Below, piece after piece: positions 47,744-59,700 of a stretch of DNA of 64,000 bases (position 1 is the stretch's first letter; every line of letters starts with the position of its first letter). The translations under genes and the position numbers were made by a program. This DNA is from Endomicrobiales bacterium (GTDB taxonomy: Bacteria; Elusimicrobiota; Endomicrobiia; Endomicrobiales; JALOBY01): assembly GCA_963796955.1 (NCBI GenBank), contig CAWCNJ010000008.1:256001-320000 (forward strand), read 5' to 3'. The notes beneath the pieces were generated by a model, which saw only the letters and a program-made list of their open reading frames with translations, was not told the origin of the DNA and searched no databases.

Positions 47744-50700
47744 ATGAGCGACACGAAAGTATTCTTAGCGACCGGCGGATCCATGCGGCCCCTGTTTTCT
47801 TCGGGTGAGCCGGTCTGGGCTGTTCCTATATCGAATAGTGAGGCGCTGCGTCCAGGTGATATTGTTATATATACGCGCGCGCGCGCAAAGTTTATGCACC
47901 GCGTTCTGTCCGTATCCGGTGACACATGCACAGTATTCAGCGACTCAGCCGTCTGCCAGCCACACACCATATCGGTCAATTCTATAATCGCAAAACCAAT
48001 TAGCCGCATGCAGGGAACACACGGCCTCCTCTGGGGCCTGGCCTGTAACGCGTTCTATCAGGTCTCCCGTTTTCTTAAACACCGCGCCTCCAGAATTTTA
48101 TCGGTTGCCGCCGTCTTAACTATTGCCTACTGCCTATTGCCTCTTACTTCACAAGCATATACCCGCGTTAAAACCGTTGAATTCAATTTCGGCGGCTATT
48201 ACTCGGCCACAAACGTTGCCAGCTGGACGCCGCCCTACGTTACCATAAACCTGCCGGATGCTATCGCTTCATCTCCCATCAAGGACGCGGTGCTTGATAT
48301 TCAATACCAATCGATCCCTGCCGTCACAAACAAGGACAGTCCAACTACTGCTATCGACGTACTATTCTCAACAGGCAATGCCGCCGGTGGAGCAGCTATA
48401 GACGGCATTGGTACGGGCGTTACTATGCCCACAAGTTCCAGAAAGAACGACATTATGTGCCTGCGTTTTGATGCAACATCAAAAATGACGGCCTGGAGCA
48501 ATACGCCGTATAGCATGAAAATAACCCTTACGGGCAGTAACGGTATTTTGTACAACTTGTATTCAGCCAAGCTGTTCATCACTTACTACTATGATGATAC
48601 GGCAACAACACAGGTAAAAACCGTACACTTTCCGCTTTTTTCGACGTCCGCAGACGGCAAGTCCGGCGTGGCATCCTACCTTGCCCAAAGAGGCAACACA
48701 ACAAGCGCGCTTTATTACGATGCTGAAATACCGGAAATATCCTTCACGCGCAAGCAGGCATGGTTCGAGGTGCGCGGATATCGCCAATCCGGCGGTTCCG
48801 CGACTGACGGCACGATATACGCCAAGATCGGCGCAAATGCCAAACAGGGAACAACGACGCTTGACGGTTCTATGACTGGCTCCTACTGGATCAGGTACCT
48901 CACATCTACCGGAACACCTGCGGGTTTCGCTGAAAACACATACCAGACGCTTAACGTGGTAACCGCTACCAATGCCACCATGAATGTTCTTGGCGGTGAA
49001 CTGGTGGAGACCTACGAGTATAACGCCACAACATTCCCGCAGGAAAAAACTCTTAACTACTTCTTGTGCCAGTCTACCGGCGGCGCCAGCGACCCGGCGA
49101 ACTTCACGGTACCGCTGTATATTAACGAATCCACCGTCACAATAAAACGCATTTACGCCCTGATGTATGGTTCTTATAACAACACCGGCGCTGCCCTGAA
49201 CCTTACCGTGAACTCTAAGATCAAGGGCCAGGCCCTTACAGCGCGGACCTATTCGCTGGCAACAACGGTAACACAGGCGTCAGGCTTTGTGCTTTATCAC
49301 GACCTTACGCAGGGGGCAACCTGGTGGGTGAACGGCTCCTCAGTAACGTTGTCATGGAACGCTAACGCCAACCTTGGCGGTATCGGCGCTGAACTGATAG
49401 TAACTTACACCTACAACAACGACGACTCCTTTACAGACTCTTACAGGATCTGGGGCGGGGAAACCACTAACCAGGTCACGAACGGCACTTATTACAACTC
49501 GAATTTAAACCTGTACTTCCCTGATCCTGAAGTGCCAACCGGCAAGAAAACACTCAGGTCGGCATTTTTCAGATATAATTTTATTCAGGGCGATTCCGCG
49601 GTCACAGCCAACCCGCAAACGACGATCGGCGTCAACGGCTCTGTTCCCGACAGGCAGGTGGTTCAGCACTACGGCACCACAGAAAACTTCCACGCTGTCG
49701 CATTATATGATTTTACCAAAAACATAACACCTGCCAGCACAACTGTTGCCGGAAATTTTACTTTGTCGAACGATCCATTCAATACAGCGGGCATAGCGTC
49801 AGTCATTTACGAGTACAAGCCGGTGCCGGTCGCGCCTTCGGCTTTGACCCAATACCAAAATGATGACGTTACGATAATGCCCCTGGGCGATTGGGAAAAC
49901 CTGCAGGGAAAACATTTAAGATTTACATTTTCAAGTAAAATAACGGGCGATTCCTTATACCCTGTTGTAGAAGTTAAGCCGGCTGCCGGTTCCTTCGACG
50001 GCATTACGAACCTTTCGACCGGAACGGTTCAAACCTATAACGGCTCTTCTCTATCGGCTGATATTTTCATAAGCACGGGCCAGGGTGCGTATCAATGGCG
50101 CGCATCGGTTGTTGGGAGCGCCGGCCGCTCGGCATGGACAAATTTCGGAGCGCCCGGCACTACACACTTCGGCATAGACCTTTCTACACCGGCCATTCCA
50201 GTCCTCGCGACGCCATCAAGCGGAACCGCGACATCAGATCAAACACCAACGCTTACATGGAACGCCTTGACAGATACCGGCGGGTCAGGACTAAGCGGTT
50301 ACCTGCTTCAAATAGCTACTTCGACAAATTTTAACCCGGTGTTTTATAGCTCTATTACTGCAAACACCTCATTCACCTCTACCTTTACCTGGACGCAAGC
50401 ACCCTATTATTGGAGAACACGGTCCCAGGACGCGGCAGGCAACTTCAGCGCGTATTCAGACACTTGGACGATAATTATCGACTCGACGCCGCCGCTGCAG
50501 GTTACAACCTACTTGGCGCCAGCTAATCAGGCATTCAGCTCATCAACGATCCAGACATTCAGCTGGGCTTCCTCCACCGACACGCCGGCTGGGGTCCAAA
50601 ACTACATACTGCAACTTTCTACGGCCGCTGATTTTTCCGCTATTGCTTACTCGTCGGTAACAGTCTCGACCGGCGCAGTAATGAACATTACGCAATCATC

Positions 50701-53700
50701 ATATACGTGGCGCGTTAACGTGCAGGATTGGGCGAACAACTACACAACATCAACACTGAAATACAGCGTGGTGATAGATTCCTCGCCACCGCCTCCGGTA
50801 ACAACGATATCAACTCCGTCTGACGACTCTGCCTCCAATGTGCAGCTCCAAACTTTCAACTGGACAGGTGTTGTCTCATTACCCGCCCCAACCAAGGCGT
50901 ATTTTCTGCAGGTTTCAACGGCGCCGGATTTCTCGGTCATCAACTATTCATCAGCTACTGCAACAAATAGCGCGCAGTTGACACTTAATCAGTCATCCTA
51001 TACCTGGCGCGTGAATGTGCAGGATTACGCGTTGAATTACACGACGAGCCCGGCAGTCTTTCATGTGATCGTCGATACTACGCAACCGGCACAGGTGACA
51101 AATTATATTGCTCCGGGCAACCAGGTGTTCAGTTCAACTACATCCACTACGTTTTCCTGGTCGGCCTCCACCGACACGCCTGCCGGCATTAAAAATTACA
51201 TCCTTCAGCTGTCGACGGCACCGGATTTCAGCGGCACGATCATATCTTCAACGACGCCGGCCTTAAGCGCCCAGATGTCTCTGAGCCAGTCGTCTTATAC
51301 CTGGCGCGTAAACGCCCAGGACTGGGCTAACAACTACACAACCTCGACCTTAAAATACAGCGTCGTTATCGACTCATCACCTCCGCCGCAGATAACTACG
51401 TTATCTACGCCGTCGAACGGCCTGGCGACAAACACCCAGACACAGACCTTCAGCTGGGTGGGTGTGGCATCTTTCCCTGCGCCGATACAAAACTATATAC
51501 TGCAGCTGTCAACTGCGGCTAATTTTACGGGTACGATAATCTCATCTGTTACCGCTGCGACAAGCGCCGTGCTCACGCTTAACCAGTCGTCTTACACCTG
51601 GCGAGTTAACGTGCAGGACTACGCCCTGAATTACACTACCAGCGCAGCGACCTTCAACCTTGTTATCGACACAACACCGCCGCCGGCGGTTTCTACATTA
51701 CTGGGTCCTTCGCCGGACGGCCTTGCCTCAGCCACTACTACGCAGGTGTTCTCCTGGACGGGAGTGACGGATACGCCTGCGCTGGTTAAAAACTATATCG
51801 TTCAAGTTTCGACCGCGGGGGATTTCTCTAAGATCGCATATTCCTCAGTAACCGCGAACACCAGTGCCACGATCGCGCTTATCCAGTCTTCGTACACCTG
51901 GCGTGTGAATGTTCAGGATTATGCCTTGAATTACACAACCTCACCCTCCGTTTATCATATCGTTATAGATACGACGCCGCCACCGGCCGTATCCACGCTC
52001 AATGGCCCTGCTAACAATGTTCCAGTTAACAACCTTAACCAAACATTCTCCTGGACCGGCGTAACAGATCTTCCGTCGATGTTGAAGAATTACATAGTGC
52101 AGCTTTCGACTGCGTCTGATTTCTCCAAGATAGCCTACTCATCCGTAACCGCGCTCAACAACGCGACTATCAGCCTGAACCAATCCTCCTACACCTGGCG
52201 CGTAAATGTGCAGGACTATGCCCTGAACTACACCACTTCATCCGCCGTATTCTTTGTGCTGGTTGATACCACCCTGCCCGTTATTACGAATTTGCAGGCA
52301 GGGGACGCAACGTGGCGAAGCGCTCCTGGCAACACCTACAACGTCCAATTTGGCGACCAGGGCTTCGCTCAGTCAAAGCTTAATTCCATCCAGTACGAAG
52401 TTATCACCGCTACCGGCTTTACGGCTATCCCCTGGACTGACATAGCCGCGCCGCCCATCAACCAGCCGACATATGTAACGCCGTGGCAAGTGAACTTTAA
52501 CGCCCTGGTAGAGGCGGTTACTAATTTCGTCTCCATTCGCGCGACGGATTTGGCGGGCAATACGTCAACGTATACCAACGCCTTCTACGTGCTGAAAGAT
52601 GTGTCCGTGCCGAGTATCGTGGACAATCAATTCGGTGATACCATCTGGCGCAACGCCGCGGGCGCCACATATGACCTGGATTTCTTTGATAACGGCGGAT
52701 CGGGCATCGACCATGTAAATTACAGCGACACATACTATGTGAACAATACTCCCGGCGCCTCAGTCTTTACGAATCGCACACTCATATCGCAGGCAACCCT
52801 GAACGCGACCACTTCGTACATCACCACATGGCAGATACCCGATTTCAATCTGCTGTTGGAAGGGAAAAACTTTATCGGCGTTACCGTCTATGACCGTGCG
52901 GGCTTAAGCCAGACGCTGTCAAGCTATCCGGAACCTTTCTACATTTTAAAAGATACAACGGCGCCGACGATAATAAACGGGCAGGCCGGCGACAACACAT
53001 GGCGGCCAGCCAACACAGGTCAGTACAATGTTGACTTTCAGGATGCCTCAAGCGGTTCGGGCGTTGCGGGCTTTGATATGCTGGCTTCCACCGTCGCGGG
53101 AGGCACGCAATCCCTGTTAATACCCTGGACGCAGGTGCTCTCAACCAACACCTACCTCTATACACAGTCGTGGCCCATTCCAGACGCGGTATTTACCGCG
53201 CTTCGCTCAGGCCACGAGCCGAACCGCATATCGCTGCGCACCTACGATTTTGCAGCTAACACCTCTGCGGTAACAACAGATGCCTTTTATATCCTGAAAG
53301 ACACGATCCCACCGACCATGTCTAACAACCAGGCAGGAGATAACACCTGGCGGACACTGGGCGGCACAACGTACAACGTCGGCTTTGCCGATGCTGAATC
53401 GTGGGCTGCTGGAGCGCGCTACACCGTGCGCAACGGGCCGACGACCGGAGACACGGAATGGGCGCCCAGCTGGCAGCCGATCTTCTCTTCGACCGGAACA
53501 CCGTCCTATAACACGAACTGGCAGCTAGACTTTAATAGCTTATGGGGAGCCACTAACTATGTATTCGTTCAATACTGGGATGTGGCCGGAACAACAATAA
53601 CACCGACAACGCCTGTCTTCTATATTAAAAAAGACAATGTCGCTCCGACGGTACAGAACAATCAATCCGGAGATAACACGTGGCGCAATGCGCCGGGAAC

Positions 53701-56700
53701 CGCCTACGACGTAGACTTCCAGGACTCCATATCAGGCGTTTCTCAGGCAGACTATATGGTGAAAGACGCTGTCGGCAACACCGTGATCCCCTGGACAAAT
53801 ATATTTACAAACCCGGCAGGGCAAGCGTCATACACCACCAACTGGGCCTTATCCGTCGCCACCTTTACCGCGCTGCTTGATGGCGCATCGAACTTTGTGT
53901 ATGTGCGGGACTACGACGTCGCCGGAAACCTTACGGCGCCCGTCAATCCGCAATTTTATATCCTTAAAGATACAGACCTGCCGACGGTGCAACTTGGCGC
54001 CCAACGATACTTCATGTCCTCACACGATCTTGGCCTGCAAAACTATCCTGATTTCTTCGATCCAAAAAACAGCCGAACACCGGGGGCGTCCGGCCTTGCC
54101 TCTATACAGTATTACATATCTACCGGTACCGCGATGACCGGCACTGCGGTTGAGAACTGGACATCTATAGCGGGACTTACCCCCGGGACCACCTGGTTTA
54201 CCAACCAGTGGTCGGTCAACTTCGCCCCTCTGCCCGGAGCGACGACATGCTACGTTTCTGTTCAGGCTACCGATCTTGCCGGGAACACAACGATCTTTAT
54301 GGATGCCTTCAGGGTTTTCAAATCAACGATCCCGGCCCCTGTGATCACCGACAACCAGACCGGGGATTATACCTGGTATACCTCTTCAAATTCATTCACT
54401 ACCAAGCAATATGATGTCGATTTTCGATCCTTCGATAACGATAACATTTCATCTGTCACCGTTCAGTCTTGGAGCGGACTGGCACAGACTGGCTCTAAGT
54501 ACGTTGACTGGACCGCCGTTGTTTCCACCGGTACGGTATTGTCCTACACCCAGAACTGGACATTGACACCCGCACCCTTCACCGGCTTTGCACCGGAATA
54601 TATCTGGAACCTGCTGCATGAAGGCACCAACTACATCACTGTCCAAGCATACGATATGGCCTTGGACTCCAGCACTAAGCAAGATGCCTTCTTTGTCCTG
54701 AAAGACACCAACGGCCCAACGATCACCAACAACCAGTCAGGCGATCTTACTTGGCGCAACGCGGTCGGTACTACCTATAACGTCGATTTCCAGGATTTGA
54801 TATCGGGCACGACCGAGGCGGATTATCTTATTAAAGATGGTTCAGGCAACCAGCTCCTCGGCTGGACCCCGGTATTCACTAATTCGGGCGGTGTGGGAAG
54901 CTACACCACGGACTGGCCGATATCGGCCGGGGCCTTCACTGCACTGCCCGACGGTTCCACCGGGTACGTTTACCTGCGCTCGTTCGATAAGGCCGGCAAT
55001 GCAACCACGAATCTCACACCGTCCTTCTACATCCTGAAAGACACAGACACACCGTTCATCAACGTAGCCGCCCAGAAGTACTACATGTCTTCGCACGACT
55101 TCAGCCTCAAGAACTATGCCGGCTTCTTTGACCCTAAGAACAGCTATACGCCCGGCGCTTCAGGATTGAACACGATCCAGTATTTTATTTCTACCGGCAC
55201 AGCCATGACCGGAACACCGGTTAAGAACTGGACGACTATCCCCGGCTTAACGGTGGGGACAACGTGGTTCACTAATAACTGGCAGATCGATTTCGCCTCC
55301 CTGCCAGGCGCGGTGACCTGCTACGTTTCGCTTTCCGCCGCTGACCTTGCAGGCAACACCTCAACTTTTGTTGACGCCTTCAGGGTCTTTAAGTCCACTA
55401 TAGCCGCACCGGTGATTACCGATAACCAGACCGGCGATTACACCTGGTATACCTCTTCAAATTCATTTACCGCCAAGCAATATGACGTCGATTTCCAATC
55501 CTTCGATAACGACTACATTTCATCCGTTACCGTTCAAGCTTGGAGCGGCCTTGCACAAAGCGGCTCTAAATATGTTGACTGGACCGCCGTTGTTTCTACC
55601 GGCACCGTATTGTCTTATACCCAGAACTGGGCGTTGTCGCCCGCACCCTTCACCGGCCTTGCGCCTGAATACCTCTGGAACCTGCTGCATGAAGGCACCA
55701 ATTACATCACCGTCCAGGCATACGATATGGCCTTGGATTCCACCACGAAACAAGATGCCTTCTTCGTCTTGAAAGACACCAACGGCCCAACGATCACCAA
55801 CAACCAGTCAGGCGACAACACCTGGCGCAATACGGTCGGCACTACCTATAACGTTGATTTCCAGGACTTGATATCAGGTACCACTGAAGCTGATTACATG
55901 ATCAAAGACGGCTCCAATAATCAACTCCTCGGCTGGACCCCGGTATTCACTAATGCCGGCGGTGTGGGAAGCTACACCACGGACTGGCCGATATCGGCCG
56001 GCGCCTTCACCGCACTACCGGACGGTTCGACCGGCTACGTTTACCTGCGCTCGTTCGATAAGGCCGGCAATGCAACCACGAATCTCACACCGTCCTTCTA
56101 CATCCTGAAAGACACAGACACACCGTTCATCAACGTAGCCGCCCAGAAGTACTACATGTCCTCGCACGACTTCAGCCTTAAGAACTATGCTACCTTCTTT
56201 GACCCTAAGAATAGCTTTACACCCGGCGCTTCCGGTTTGAACGCTATCCAATACTTTATCTCCACCGGCACCGCCATGACAGGCACACCGGTGAAGAACT
56301 GGACAACCATACCAGGCCTAACGGTGGGAACAACATGGTTTACAAATAACTGGCAAATAGACTTCGCTGCCCTGCCGGGCGCTGTTACCTGCTACGTATC
56401 TGTCTCAGCCGCCGATCTTGCCGGCAACACCTCAACCTTCGTTGATGCCTTCAGGGTCTTTAAGTCCACTATAGCCGCACCGGTGATCACCGACAACCAA
56501 TCTGGCGATTACACATGGTACACCTCTTCAAATTCATTCACCGCCAAGCAATACGATGTCGATTTCCAATCCTTCGACAACGACTACATTTCATCCGTTA
56601 CCGTCCAAGCCTGGAGCGGCCTTGCACAAAGCGGCTCTAAATATGTTGACTGGACCGCCGTTGTTTCTACCGGCACCGTATTGTCTTATACCCAGAACTG

Positions 56701-59700
56701 GGCGTTGTCGCCCGCACCCTTCACCGGCCTTGCGCCTGAATACCTCTGGAACCTGCTGCATGAAGGCACCAACTACATCACTGTCCAAGCATACGATATG
56801 GCCTTGGATTCCAGCACTAAGCAGGATGCCTTCTTCGTCCTGAAGGACACCAACGGCCCAACGATCACCAACAACCAGTCAGGCGACAACACCTGGCGCA
56901 ATACGGTCGGTACTACCTATAACGTTGATTTCCAGGACTTGATATCAGGTACCACTGAAGCTGATTACATGATCAAAGACGGCTCCAATAATCAACTCCT
57001 CGGCTGGACCCCGGTTTTCACTAATTCGGGCGGGGTGGGAAGCTACACCACGGACTGGCCGATATCGGCCGGGGCCTTCACTGCACTGCCCGACGGTTCC
57101 ACCGGGTACGTTTACCTGCGCTCGTTCGATAAGGCCGGCAATGCAACCACGAATCTCACACCGTCCTTCTACATCCTGAAAGACACAGACACGCCGTTCA
57201 TCAACGTAGCCGCCCAGAAGTACTACATGTCCTCGCACGACTTCAGCCTTAAGAACTATGCTACCTTCTTTGACCCTAAGAATAGCTTTACACCCGGCGC
57301 TTCCGGTTTGAACGCTATCCAATACTTTATCTCCACCGGCACCGCCATGACAGGCACACCGGTGAAGAACTGGACAACCATACCAGGCCTAACGGTGGGA
57401 ACAACATGGTTTACAAATAACTGGCAAATAGACTTCGCTGCCCTGCCGGGCGCTGTTACCTGCTACGTATCTGTCTCAGCCGCCGATCTTGCCGGCAACA
57501 CCTCAACCTTCGTTGATGCCTTCAGGGTCTTTAAGTCCACTATAGCCGCACCGGTGATTACCGATAACCAGACCGGCGATTACACCTGGTATACCTCTTC
57601 AAATTCATTTACCGCCAAGCAATATGACGTCGATTTCCAATCCTTCGATAACGACTACATTTCATCCGTTACCGTTCAAGCTTGGAGCGGCCTTGCACAA
57701 AGCGGCTCTAAATATGTTGACTGGACCGCCGTTGTTTCTACCGGCACCGTATTGTCTTATACCCAGAACTGGGCGTTGTCGCCCGCACCCTTCACCGGCC
57801 TTGCGCCTGAATACCTCTGGAACCTGCTGCATGAAGGCACCAATTACATCACCGTCCAGGCATACGATATGGCCTTGGATTCCACCACGAAACAAGATGC
57901 CTTCTTCGTCTTGAAAGATACCAACGGCCCAACGATCACCAACAACCAGTCAGGCGACAACACCTGGCGCAACGCGGTCGGCACTGTTTACAACGTCGAT
58001 TTCCAAGACCTGATATCGGGCACGACCGAGGCTGATTATCTTATTAAAGACGGTTCAGGCAACCAGCTCTTCGGCTGGACACCGGTATTCACTAATGCCG
58101 GCGGTGTGGGAAGCTACACCACGGACTGGCCGATATCGGCCGGCGCCTTCGCCGCCCTGCCTGACGGCTCGACAGGATATGTGTACCTGCGCTCGTTCGA
58201 TAAGGCCGGCAATGTTACCACCAACGCCTTGCCTTCCTTCTACATACTTAAGGACACTGATGTACCGACCGTTCAAGTAAATGGTCAAACATTTTTCCAG
58301 GGCGCCTACCAATTCGGCGCAATACACGACGTGGATTTCTTTGACCCGAAAAACAGCAACACACCGGGGGCATCTGGCCTTAGTTCTATCCAATACTTCA
58401 TTTCCACCGGGCCTGCCATGACAGGAACGGTCATGAAGAATTGGACGTCTATCCCTGGCTTAGTAACAGGCAGCACGTTTTACACAACAAACTGGGCAAT
58501 AGATTACACCGCTCTAACGCAGCTGGTCACCGGATACGTATCGGTACAAGCGGTCGACCAGGCAGGCAATACTACAACGTACCTGGACGCCTTCCGGGTA
58601 TTAAAAACCACCGCGACCGCACCCTTGATATCCAATAACCAGACAGGGGATTTCAAATGGTATGGCTCATCAACAGCCATGCTTTCATCAACCTACAATA
58701 TGAGCTTCCAGTCGATAGCGGGCCCCGCTGTATATATCTCGTCGGTTTCTGTTCAGATATACAGCAAACCCGGAAGTTCAGGCACAAAACTGGTGGATTG
58801 GACAACCGTTGTTTCCACAGGCAATGTATTAACATATTCTGTCCCGTGGCAGTTGAAACCGTCAACATGGACAACCCAGCCCGATTATTTCTGGAATTTG
58901 ATGCAAGAAGGTACAAACTATATTTCTGTACAGGTGCTGGACATCAATGCGGATTCTGCAACGGCAACAGATGCATTTTTTATTCGAAAAGACACAACAA
59001 CTCCCGGCATTATAAACAATCAAACAGGCGACAACGTCTGGCGCAACACAGCTGCGGCGGTATACGACGTCGATATAAATGACCTTACGTCAGGAACCAC
59101 TGAGGCTGATTACAAAATAATGGACGCTTCCAAAGTCACTACATTGGTTGACTGGACCCCGTTCTTAACCAACCCCACAGGCGTTAAATCGCAAACCGCG
59201 AATTGGGGAATAAACCCTGCTGATTTTGCCCAGCTACCAAGCGGCGCCACAAGCTATGTTTATGTTCGGGCCTTCGACCTGGCAGGCAATACCACGCAGC
59301 CTATCAACGCACAGTTTTATATTCTGAAGGACACAAATGTACCGACAGTGTCGGTAAACGCTTCAAACTACTACCTCTCGTCGCGTGACTTTGGAACTCA
59401 GAACTATGCCGGTTTCTATGACCCGCTGGTACAGGGCAGAACACCTGGCGCGTCAGGGTTGAACGCTATCCAATACTTTATCTCTACCGGCACCGCGATG
59501 ACCGGCACGCCGGTTAAGAACTGGACGGCAATACCCGGCTTAACGGTGGGGACAACGTGGTTCACTAATAACTGGCAGATCGATTTCGCCTCCCTGCCAG
59601 GCGCGGTGACCTGCTACGTTTCGCTTTCCGCCGCTGACCTTGCAGGCAACACCTCAACTTTTGTTGACGCCTTCAGGGTCTTTAAGTCCACTATAGCCGC

